In this document: piece after piece, positions 38,717 to 46,925 of the stretch | How the letters are laid out: every line of letters starts with the position of its first letter | How positions within the stretch are numbered: the stretch's first letter is position 1 | NCBI GenBank assembly: GCA_016432645.1 | Contig: CP066698.1 | Coordinates: 837,062 to 901,061 of the forward strand | Length of the DNA stretch: 64,000 bases | Source: Candidatus Falkowbacteria bacterium | Lineage (GTDB): Bacteria > Patescibacteriota > Patescibacteriia > Patescibacteriales > UBA12465 | Direction of reading: 5' to 3' | Position numbers and translations under genes: made by a program | Notes under the pieces: generated by a model | What the model saw: only the letters and a program-made list of their open reading frames with translations | The model's database searches: none | Told to the model about the DNA's origin: nothing

Positions 38717-38926
38717 ATGGTTATGAAAAAGAAAATGTTATTCTGGCGAATTATGCTATGGGTTGATATTGTTGTAATGTTTTTCGGTCTAGTTTTTTCA
38801 GCGGTTTTGATGTTTGTAAAACATTTAAAAACTTTTTCTTTCCCGCTTTGGTTAGTCGCAGTAATATCAGTGCTTGGTATTATAACCGCTATTATAGCCA
38901 TTGATCGGACTGATCGGGAAATATAA
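38717..38926 (+). CDS. Small 2-TM hypothetical protein; cassette 4
   Basis: Two hydrophobic helices; own promoter and terminator. Confidence 0.65.
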   Translation: MVMKKKMLFWRIMLWVDIVVMFFGLVFSAVLMFVKHLKTFSFPLWLVAVISVLGIITAIIAIDRTDREI

Positions 38927-38944
38927 ATTTCCCAAACCTCTTTT

Positions 38945-38977
38945 AGCCAGTAGTTCTTTTTGAATTACTGGTTTTTT
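38945..38977 (+). terminator. Intrinsic terminator of cassette 4
   Basis: AGCCAGTAGTTC-TTTTT-GAATTACTGGTTTTTT. Confidence 0.7.
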
Positions 38978-39003
38978 ATTTATAAAATTATTTTAATATA
39001 TTA

Positions 39004-39060
39004 TAAATCTCAGGTACATAGACAAAAATGTCATTTTCGTGGTATTTTTATTATATAAAT
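39004..39060 (+). repeat. tRNA-3'-end repeat, type A copy 3 (tRNA part eroded)
   Basis: 39018-39060 ATAGACAAAAATGTCATTTTCGTGGTATTTTTATTATATAAAT matches A1 36837-36879 at 38/43. Confidence 0.8.
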
Positions 39061-39069
39061 AGTAAAAAT

Positions 39070-39858
39070 ATGAATAATAAAAACATTATAATTAAAGCGA
39101 TGGTTGCTGTTTCTTATGTGGCTATGGTGGCGGTTAACTGGCTCGCCAACGCTTTGCCGATTAATAACCGTTCTACCGGGGCTATTTCCGATGCTTACCC
39201 TAATTTATTTGCCCCCGCAGGCTTAACTTTTTCCATTTGGGGTTTAATTTATCTACTCCTGGCCAGCTATTGTTTGTATCAATTTGGCCTTTTCCAAAAC
39301 GATAGAGGCCGGGGGAAAGCGGCTCTTTTTCAGAAAATCGGCCTCTATTTTATCTTAAGTTCGCTGGCTAACATTGCTTGGATTTTTTCCTGGCACTATG
39401 ATTTTATCGGGATATCAGTTGTACTGATGGCAGTGATTCTGTTTTCTTTAATCAAAATTGCCGATATTTTAAATAAAGAAAAGCTATTGTTAAAAGAAAA
39501 GTTTTTTATACGCGTTCCGTTTAGTGTTTATTTCGGTTGGATTACTGTGGCCGCCATCGCGAACATCACCGTATTTTTAGTAAGCATTAATTGGAATGGA
39601 TTTGGAATTTCTGACCAAGTTTGGACCATAATAGTTTTATTGGCCGGGCTATTAATCGTTATTCTAAGAATGATTAAGGATAAAAATGTTGCCTATGGCT
39701 TAGTTTTGGTTTGGGCTTACGCCGGCATTTTATTAAAACACTTATCAGCCGATGGCTTTTCCGGCCGCTACCAAGGAGTAATTATTACTACGGTTCTGTG
39801 TATTTTGGGATTTTTAATTAGCTTGGCAACTCTTATTAGCAAGAAAGCAAAATCATAA
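39070..39858 (+). CDS. TspO/MBR-related (tryptophan-rich sensory) membrane protein
   Basis: ISDAYPNLFAPAGLTFSIWGLIY, N.AWIFSWH, PFSVYFGWITVA..AN, LVWAY.GI. Confidence 0.75.
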   Translation: MNNKNIIIKAMVAVSYVAMVAVNWLANALPINNRSTGAISDAYPNLFAPAGLTFSIWGLIYLLLASYCLYQFGLFQNDRGRGKAALFQKIGLYFILSSLANIAWIFSWHYDFIGISVVLMAVILFSLIKIADILNKEKLLLKEKFFIRVPFSVYFGWITVAAIANITVFLVSINWNGFGISDQVWTIIVLLAGLLIVILRMIKDKNVAYGLVLVWAYAGILLKHLSADGFSGRYQGVIITTVLCILGFLISLATLISKKAKS

Positions 39859-39862
39859 AGAT

Positions 39863-40348
39863 ATGGATAGTTTTTATAATTTTACTGCCGAAAATGCGAA
39901 TGGCCAGGTGATTAAAATGTCCGATTACCGCGGTAAAGTGGTTTTAGTTGTTAATACGGCGAGCAAATGCGGTTTTACGAAGCAGTATGCCGGTCTGGAA
40001 AAGCTTTATCAAGATTATAAAAATAAAGATTTTGTTATTTTAGCCTTTCCTTGTAATCAGTTTGCCGGTCAAGAACCGGGGAGCGAGGCGGAGATTGTAT
40101 CTTTTTGCCAATTGAATTATGGTATTAGCTTCCCAATCTTTAAAAAAGTCAAAGTTAACGGCCAGGAGACACACCCTCTTTTTGTTTATTTAAAAAAGGA
40201 GCTCCCGGAAATTTTAGGCGGACGCATCAAGTGGAATTTTACCAAGTTTTTAATTGATAGCGCCGGTAGTCCCCTAAAGCGTTTTTCGCCAGCCACCACG
40301 CCGGAGGAAATCGAGAAGTATTTGCTTGCTAACAAAATTTTACAATAA
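39863..40348 (+). CDS. Glutathione peroxidase family protein (Cys type)
   Basis: VNTASKCGFT.QY, FPCNQF..QEPG, IKWNFTKFL. Confidence 0.95.
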   Translation: MDSFYNFTAENANGQVIKMSDYRGKVVLVVNTASKCGFTKQYAGLEKLYQDYKNKDFVILAFPCNQFAGQEPGSEAEIVSFCQLNYGISFPIFKKVKVNGQETHPLFVYLKKELPEILGGRIKWNFTKFLIDSAGSPLKRFSPATTPEEIEKYLLANKILQ

Positions 40349-40370
40349 GCTTAATAATCAAAATAAATTT

Positions 40371-40778
40371 ATGACAGTGCTTAATTCTTTGAAGTTATAT
40401 CTAATAGCCGTCCCCATTTTTTTCATTATTGATTTAACCTGGCTTGGGGTAGTCGCTAAAGAGATATATCAAAAGCATATGGGGCACTTAATGAGACCAG
40501 CGCCAAATTGGCCAGTAGCAGTGCTATTTTATCTGCTCTTTATTATTGGTCTGCTTATCTTTGTTGTTTCGCCAGCCATGAAAAATAATTCCTGGTCATA
40601 TGCCCTTTTGTATGGTGCCTTGTTTGGTTTTTTTACCTATATGACTTTCGACTTAACAAGTTTAGCCGTTTTAAAAGATTGGCCCTGGAAAATAGTAGCC
40701 ATTGATATTATTTGGGGAATTGTTTTATCTTCATCGGTCTCTGTTGCCACTTATTTTATTGCTAAAAATATAATTTAA
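40371..40778 (+). CDS. DUF2177-family membrane protein
   Basis: IDLTWLG...Y, FY, GALFG...Y.TFDLT.LA.LKDWP...DIIWG. Confidence 0.8.
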   Translation: MTVLNSLKLYLIAVPIFFIIDLTWLGVVAKEIYQKHMGHLMRPAPNWPVAVLFYLLFIIGLLIFVVSPAMKNNSWSYALLYGALFGFFTYMTFDLTSLAVLKDWPWKIVAIDIIWGIVLSSSVSVATYFIAKNII

Positions 40779-40783
40779 TAAAT

Positions 40784-41548
40784 ATGAATCTCTTTTGGCT
40801 ACAAGTTATTACCATATTCATTTTTATTAATTTTTGTTTTGTTTTTGCAGTAATTAAAAAAAGAAATGATATTGCTGATGTCGCTTGGGGCTTAGGGTTT
40901 ATTTTAGTGGCTTTGGTTGGTTTATTTTTTAACCCAACAGTCAGAGTTTCCCTGATAACCTTAATGGTTATTTTTTGGGGAAGTCGTTTAGCATATCATA
41001 TTGGACGCCGATTTTTAAAAAGTAGCGAAGAAGATAAGCGCTATCAGAAAATGCGTTCTGGTTGGAAAGGTTCAGTGATATTTAATTCTTGGTTAAGAGT
41101 TTTTCTAATTCAGGGAGCCACCTTATTATTAGTAGCCGCGAGCATTATTATAGTGACCAATTTTGATAAGGGTGGGTTTATTTGGATTAATGTTATCGGG
41201 GTTGCCATCTGGTTGCTTGGTTTAAGTTTTGAAATTATTGGTGATCAGCAACTTAAAAAATTTCTTAATCAACCAGAAAATAAGGGCAGAATCATGACTA
41301 GCGGTTTATGGAAGTATACCCGTCATCCTAATTATTTTGGCGAAGCTGTGTTATGGTGGGGACTGTGGTTGGTGATTTGGGATGTGGATTATTTTTATCT
41401 TGGTTTAATTGGCCCAATTACTATAACTTTATTACTGCGTTTTGTTTCGGGGGTTCCTCTGGCTGAAGAGAGGTATAAAGAAAATATTGAATTTCAGGAA
41501 TATGCCGCCAAAACACCACCGATGTTACCGAACTTTTTTATTAAATAA
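40784..41548 (+). CDS. DUF1295 / steroid 5-alpha-reductase-like membrane protein
   Basis: DVAWGLGF, WG.RL, EDKRY, GDQQL..F, GLWKYTRHPNYFGE..WWG, SGVP..E. Confidence 0.88.
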   Translation: MNLFWLQVITIFIFINFCFVFAVIKKRNDIADVAWGLGFILVALVGLFFNPTVRVSLITLMVIFWGSRLAYHIGRRFLKSSEEDKRYQKMRSGWKGSVIFNSWLRVFLIQGATLLLVAASIIIVTNFDKGGFIWINVIGVAIWLLGLSFEIIGDQQLKKFLNQPENKGRIMTSGLWKYTRHPNYFGEAVLWWGLWLVIWDVDYFYLGLIGPITITLLLRFVSGVPLAEERYKENIEFQEYAAKTPPMLPNFFIK

Positions 41549-41556
41549 TTTTTTAT

Positions 41557-42804
41557 ATGAAAAAGAAACTCGCCATTATTGGTTCCGGTATTTCCGCCAT
41601 GACTTGTGCACATTATTTGCGGGATGATTATGAAATTTCCATTTTTGATAGAAACGATTATTTAGGCGGACATACTCATACGCATGAGTTTGAAGATAAT
41701 GGCCATAAATTTACTATTGATACCGGTTTTATTGTTTTTAATCTTCATACTTATAACAATTTACTAAAGTTATTTGCCGAATTATGCGTGGAAAGACAAA
41801 AAAGCAGCATGTCATTCGCTGTTTATAATCAAAAAACAGGGCTGCAATATTCTGGCAGTAGTTTATTTCATCTTTTTTCTCAGCCCAAAAACTTGCTATC
41901 TCTTCAATATTGGAAATTTTTGTTTGAGATAAATAAGTTTTTTAAGATGGCGCTAGACGAGCGCGAATCTATTCAGGGGAGTGATGAAACTATTAGCCAG
42001 TATTGTAAGCGAAAAAATTTATCCAATTATTTTTTAGATAATTATTTAGCGCCGATGTCTTCGGCTGTTTGGTCAACTCCTCATCAGAGTGCTTATGATT
42101 TGCCAATATCTTTAATAATTCCATTTTTTTATAATCATGGTTTGTTGGGCGTTAATCGCCAGTTTCAATGGTATACCGTTAAGGGAGGCTCTAATGATTA
42201 TACTAAAAAGATTGTAGAAAATAGCAATTTTGCCATTCATTTACAAGAAGCCGCCTTGGAAGTTAAAGAGTCAGAAGCGGGAGTACAACTAATCACTGAG
42301 AAAGGCAGTTATAATTTTGATTATGCAATTTTAGCTAGTCATTCCGATGAGAGTTTAAAAATAGCCACTGAGCTTTCTGCTGTGAAAAAACAGTTATTAG
42401 AGAAGTTTAGTTATAGCCGAAATCGGGCTGTTTTACATACGGACATTTCAGTTATGCCTACGATTCGAAATGCCTGGGCCTCTTGGAATCATGTTATTAA
42501 CAAAGAGAGCGGGCAGTCTTCAACGGTTTATTGGATGAATGAGTTGCAGAAGCCAGATACAAAAACAAATTATTTTGTTTCCATCAACCCTTTTCAAGAA
42601 ATAGACAAAAATAAAATTGTAAAAGAGTTGATTTATGACCATCCCTTATTTACAGTTGAAAATTTTGCTTTACAGAAAAGACTTCAGGAATTAAATCAAA
42701 ACACTAAAATATTTTTTGCCGGAGCTTATTTTGGCTACGGTTTTCATGAGGATGGCATTAAGTCTGGTTTGCAAGTGGTTGAGATTTTAAAAAATAATAA
42801 ATAA
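41557..42804 (+). CDS. FAD/NAD-dependent oxidoreductase, COG2907 (UfaD-like)
   Basis: IIGSGISA, LGGHTHT, DTGFIVFN..TY, AWASWN, YWMN.LQ, YDHP, GAYFGYGFHEDG. Confidence 0.85.
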   Translation: MKKKLAIIGSGISAMTCAHYLRDDYEISIFDRNDYLGGHTHTHEFEDNGHKFTIDTGFIVFNLHTYNNLLKLFAELCVERQKSSMSFAVYNQKTGLQYSGSSLFHLFSQPKNLLSLQYWKFLFEINKFFKMALDERESIQGSDETISQYCKRKNLSNYFLDNYLAPMSSAVWSTPHQSAYDLPISLIIPFFYNHGLLGVNRQFQWYTVKGGSNDYTKKIVENSNFAIHLQEAALEVKESEAGVQLITEKGSYNFDYAILASHSDESLKIATELSAVKKQLLEKFSYSRNRAVLHTDISVMPTIRNAWASWNHVINKESGQSSTVYWMNELQKPDTKTNYFVSINPFQEIDKNKIVKELIYDHPLFTVENFALQKRLQELNQNTKIFFAGAYFGYGFHEDGIKSGLQVVEILKNNK

Positions 42805-42809
42805 AGCAG

Positions 42810-43652
42810 ATGAATTCTTGTATTTATACTTTAAAATTGATCCATGAACGTAAAGCGCCACGACGTAATTTTTTCAAATACGCAATTTACATGGCGTATA
42901 TAGATTTGGACGAGTTGGAGAGTATTTCTAAAAAAATATTTTTATTTGGTTATAATAAATGGAATGCACTTAGTTTTTTTGATAAAGATCATTTTAAGTT
43001 TGTTTTCCAGAAAAGCAAGAATGCGGAAATTATTGCCAGAGAAACTGTCAATTTTGAGGCGGACAAGTATATAAATAAGAATACCAAAGAACGTTTAAAG
43101 GTTTTAATTGAAGAGCTTCAGCTTGGTTTCAAATTAGATAAAGCTTATTTACTGACAAATTTGAGAAATTTCGGTTACATATTTACACCCGTAAGTTTTT
43201 ATTATTGTTTTGATGCGGCTGGTAAGTTTAGGGCGATGTTTAGTGAAGTTAATAATACTTTTGGCGACCAAAAAATGTATTATTGCAAAATCGACAATCC
43301 TGAAGCTGAACTATTTTCTGATACCCAGAAAAAAAATTATTACATTTCACCCTTTATTAACTATGATAACAATCTTCATTGGCAATTTAAAATTCCTGGG
43401 CCAAAGATTATGATGGCAATTGATTCTATTAAAGATGATAACGTAGAATTGCACACCGTGCTTACTGGGAATAGGAGAGAACTGAGTAATTTTAGTTTAG
43501 TATGGGCAATGCTAAGATATCCAATGGTGACTTTAACGGCAATCGCTCTTATCCATTATCAGGCCTTGAAGTTATTTATAAAAAAAATAAAATTTTATCG
43601 TAAAGATGAAGCTGACAATGAAATAATAAAAGCGATTAGCAATAAGAAGTAG
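42810..43652 (+). CDS. DUF1365-family protein (UfaO-like)
   Basis: H.R..P....F.Y, DLDE, R.FGY.F.PVSFYYC, EVNNTFG, K..YISPF, IHYQALKL..K. Confidence 0.85.
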   Translation: MNSCIYTLKLIHERKAPRRNFFKYAIYMAYIDLDELESISKKIFLFGYNKWNALSFFDKDHFKFVFQKSKNAEIIARETVNFEADKYINKNTKERLKVLIEELQLGFKLDKAYLLTNLRNFGYIFTPVSFYYCFDAAGKFRAMFSEVNNTFGDQKMYYCKIDNPEAELFSDTQKKNYYISPFINYDNNLHWQFKIPGPKIMMAIDSIKDDNVELHTVLTGNRRELSNFSLVWAMLRYPMVTLTAIALIHYQALKLFIKKIKFYRKDEADNEIIKAISNKK

Positions 43653-43659
43653 TAAAGAT

Positions 43660-44877
43660 ATGTATAAGGCAATATTTTTAACATTTTTTAAAAATAAAAA
43701 ATTTAGAGGCGCTTTAGAACTGGAGTTTGATAATTGCAAATATGTTTTTGGCGCAAAGCAGGCTGATGATAGTAATCAGGGCGACATTTATTCGGCAAGG
43801 ATTAAGGTAGTTAATATAAATTTTTTTAAGAGAGTGATTTTGTTTGGCGACACCGGCTTCGGAGAGGCTTTTTTATTTGGAGAGTTTACTACTCCTGATT
43901 TAAAGCGAGTTCTTTTATGGTTTGTGCAGAATAAAGAGTCGCTGCCTGGCTTCAGAGATAAAAATATTTTATCTATTTTATCGGTATTTACTAATCTGGG
44001 ATTAAAATTTGAACACTTGCGTAATAAAAATACTAAAACGGGAAGTAAAAATAATATTCGTGCTCATTACGATGTTTCAAATGATTTTTATCGATTGTGG
44101 CTGGATGAAACCATGACTTATTCTTCGGCGATTTTCAATAATTGTACAAGCCTGAAAGAGGGGCAAGAAAATAAATATCGTCGAATTTGTGAACAAATTA
44201 AGCTTAATGAAAGTGACCGAGTTTTAGAAATAGGTTGCGGCTGGGGCGGCTTTGCTGTTTTTGCTGCTAAAAATTACGGTTGCCACTTAACAATCACCAC
44301 TATTTCCGAGGAGCAATTTATTTATGTTGAGACGCTTATTAAGAAAGAAAATTTAGTTGATAAAATAAAACTAATTAAAAGCGATTATCGTGATTTAGAT
44401 GGCAATTTTGATAAGATTGTTTCCATAGAGATGATGGAGGCTCTTGGTTATGAATATGTTCCTCTATTTTTAAGTAAGTGCCAGAAATTAATTAAGCAAG
44501 ATGGCTTGATGTGTTTGCAGTGCATCATTTACCCTGATGAATATTTTCAAAGATATTTGCGCAATCCCAATTTTATTAAGAAATATATTTTTCCCGGGGG
44601 AGAGTTGCTGTCTTTAAAGCAAATTAAAGAAAAAACTTCTAGTTTGAATTTGGAGATTCTCGATATTCATTATATTGGTCAAGATTATGCCAGAACTTTG
44701 CATAAGTGGCGAGAAAATTTTATTGCCAGGGAGAAGGAAATCAAACAATTGGGGCTTGATGAATATTTTTACAGAAAATGGTTGTACTATTTTGTTTATT
44801 GCGAGGTTGGATTTGAGACCGATTATATTAACGACGTTCAAATTTTAATTAAGAAAAATATATGGTTATCGACATAG
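43660..44877 (+). CDS. cfa: Cyclopropane-fatty-acyl-phospholipid synthase family SAM methyltransferase (Cfa/UfaM-like)
   Basis: NIRAHYDVSNDFY.LWLD.TMTYSSA, LEIGCGWG, DYRD, SIEMMEA, YIFPGG, YYFVYCE.GF. Confidence 0.9.
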   Translation: MYKAIFLTFFKNKKFRGALELEFDNCKYVFGAKQADDSNQGDIYSARIKVVNINFFKRVILFGDTGFGEAFLFGEFTTPDLKRVLLWFVQNKESLPGFRDKNILSILSVFTNLGLKFEHLRNKNTKTGSKNNIRAHYDVSNDFYRLWLDETMTYSSAIFNNCTSLKEGQENKYRRICEQIKLNESDRVLEIGCGWGGFAVFAAKNYGCHLTITTISEEQFIYVETLIKKENLVDKIKLIKSDYRDLDGNFDKIVSIEMMEALGYEYVPLFLSKCQKLIKQDGLMCLQCIIYPDEYFQRYLRNPNFIKKYIFPGGELLSLKQIKEKTSSLNLEILDIHYIGQDYARTLHKWRENFIAREKEIKQLGLDEYFYRKWLYYFVYCEVGFETDYINDVQILIKKNIWLST

Positions 44878-45023
44878 AATTAACTCTAAATCGCTTTGGT
44901 TTTGGCAAGATTAGCGAGAACAAGTTTCAGTTTTTCTGTTTCCGGCTGTCTAAATGGAAAATCCCGAATAAATATTCTATTTCTTTTGAAATAAATTGGC
45001 GAGGTAAAGAGGAAATTAAATAA
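44862..45023 (+). CDS. Small hypothetical protein (53 aa; absent from the ORF track)
   Basis: MVIDIELTLNRFGFGKISENKFQFFCFRLSKWKIPNKYSISFEINWRGKEEIK*; overlaps the cfa stop and fills the gap to the NUDIX gene. Confidence 0.5.
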   Translation: MVIDIELTLNRFGFGKISENKFQFFCFRLSKWKIPNKYSISFEINWRGKEEIK

Positions 45024-45043
45024 TAAACTTATTTTTTAACTAT

Positions 45044-45442
45044 ATGCCAAAAATAATTATCGCCTCCGGTCCAGTTATTGTTGAAAATAATAAAGTTTTA
45101 TTAAATAAGCATGGAGATGATAATTTCTGGAAATTTTGCGGCGGCCGGGTTGAGGAAGGCGAAACTAATTTATTGGAAGCTGCTCAGCGGGAAGCCAAAG
45201 AAGAAATGGGAATTGAGATTGAAATATTGGATGATAAGCCATATATTTTGCATTTTGAAAAAGAAGTTGAAGAAAAACAGACTAGCGTTGTTTTGGCCCA
45301 TTTTTTAGCCAAAAGAATTGGCGAGTTGGTTCCTGGAGACGATATCAGAGAATGGCAGTGGCTGGATATAAATGATTTGGATAAAGAAAATCTCGCCCCT
45401 AATATCAAGCCGGTTTTAAAGTATTTTAGATTTTTGAAATAA
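45044..45442 (+). CDS. NUDIX hydrolase
   Basis: WKFCGGRVEEGE..LLEAAQREAKEEMG. Confidence 0.9.
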   Translation: MPKIIIASGPVIVENNKVLLNKHGDDNFWKFCGGRVEEGETNLLEAAQREAKEEMGIEIEILDDKPYILHFEKEVEEKQTSVVLAHFLAKRIGELVPGDDIREWQWLDINDLDKENLAPNIKPVLKYFRFLK

Positions 45443-45453
45443 AGTCACTTAAT

Positions 45454-46524
45454 ATGAATAAAATATCAGATATTTCTCAAATAAAATCCGAAAAATGGAT
45501 TAAAAATTGGTCGGGAAATTGGCGCACAGCCTTTACGACTTTATATTATGCCTATACTGATGGACTTAAACTTTATATCGGAAAAAATTTAGCTACTAAT
45601 TTATTGGTTTGTGAAAAAAAAGTTAGCTCAAACTATATAGCTAAAAAAGCATTAAATAATTATTGTAAATATATTGCTGGCCTGGTTATTAAAGATAATA
45701 AGTTAGCGACAAAATGGGCAAAAGACACTATCTCTACAGCTGAGGATTTGTTTAAGATAATGACGAAACTAAAAAATAAAAAAGATTTTACTTTGGCTAA
45801 TCTCTTAGAGCTTAAGACTAATTTTTATTTACATATCCCCCCGCATTTCTCAATGAAAAAAGTAGTTGATTACTTGCCGGAAAAATTACAGAGAAAACTA
45901 ACCCCGGGGCTTATCGCTGCTAGATTAAAAACTGAAAATTTATTTAATGCGGTAGATTTGGCTCTAAGAAAATATACAAAACTCATTGCTCAAAAAACTG
46001 GATATTCATTAGACTTGGTAGATTTTTTAACAATAGACGAGGTTGAGCTGTATTTAAAGAATAACAAATTACCATCCAAGAAAGAGCTTGTTAGTCGCTC
46101 AAAAGGTTTAGCGTTTTTTTGTGAAGGGAAAAGCGTGGGGATATTGACCGGTTCTTCTTATAAAGATTTACAGAAACATCTTGTAAGCTTCACGGGAAAT
46201 GAATTAAAGGGGGCCATCGCTTATAAGGGCATAGTTAAAGGAGTAGCCAGGATTGTACTTGATCCCTTTAAGGTAAAAAGATTTGATAAGGGGGATGTTT
46301 TAATTACGGGAATGACTAGACCAGAATTTTTATCTTTAATGAAAAAAGCATCTGCTTTCGTAACCGATGCCGGTGGTTTATTATCACACGCCGCGATTGT
46401 CGCCAGAGAGTTGAAGAAGCCATGTATTTTAGCGACTGAAAATGCTAGTAAAGTTTTGCATGACGGCGACTTGGTAGAAGTGGACGCGAATAAAGGAGTA
46501 GTTAGGATTTTAAAAAGAGCTTAA
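45454..46524 (+). CDS. PEP-utilising phosphohistidine swivel-domain protein with an uncharacterised N-terminus
   Basis: C-terminal LITGMTRPEF..VTDAGGLLSHAAIVARELKKPCI..VEVDANKG; no ATP-grasp or PEP-barrel domain. Confidence 0.85.
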   Translation: MNKISDISQIKSEKWIKNWSGNWRTAFTTLYYAYTDGLKLYIGKNLATNLLVCEKKVSSNYIAKKALNNYCKYIAGLVIKDNKLATKWAKDTISTAEDLFKIMTKLKNKKDFTLANLLELKTNFYLHIPPHFSMKKVVDYLPEKLQRKLTPGLIAARLKTENLFNAVDLALRKYTKLIAQKTGYSLDLVDFLTIDEVELYLKNNKLPSKKELVSRSKGLAFFCEGKSVGILTGSSYKDLQKHLVSFTGNELKGAIAYKGIVKGVARIVLDPFKVKRFDKGDVLITGMTRPEFLSLMKKASAFVTDAGGLLSHAAIVARELKKPCILATENASKVLHDGDLVEVDANKGVVRILKRA

Positions 46525-46531
46525 CATAATT

Positions 46532-46918
46532 ATGTATATGCCAACTTCACATAAAAATTATAAACACGTCTTATTTTTTATAATCGGTGTGATTGCGACT
46601 ATCGCCTATCGTGGAATTGTGGTCTTAAATCATTATGACCCGATTTTAGTTGAGACCGCCTGGTATATCGGAACTTTGGGCTTTGCTTGGTATTTCTGGC
46701 ATCGTTTTCAGATAGAAAATCGCCGCAATAAATTAATCACCAAGCTTAATCTGTTAGAAAAAACTCAACAGGGCCAAGTTCTAAATCAAGAAGACAAAGA
46801 AGCTTTAAGCGGAGTGCTAAAAAGTTTAAATGCCAGTTTGGCAAAATGGAATTATATTATAATCTTTGTCAGTTCTTTTTTGGCGGTTGCTTACGCCATT
46901 TACTTTGATTTGAAATAA
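46532..46918 (+). CDS. Hypothetical 3-TM protein
   Basis: Hydrophobic helices; tight operon spacing. Confidence 0.7.
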   Translation: MYMPTSHKNYKHVLFFIIGVIATIAYRGIVVLNHYDPILVETAWYIGTLGFAWYFWHRFQIENRRNKLITKLNLLEKTQQGQVLNQEDKEALSGVLKSLNASLAKWNYIIIFVSSFLAVAYAIYFDLK

Positions 46919-46925
46919 AAAATAT

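Noticed and set aside
36818..39060. CRISPR array interpretation of the repeats
   Set aside because: Spacings are hundreds of bp, contain whole genes and are irregular. The repeats derive from the tRNA, and there are no cas genes.
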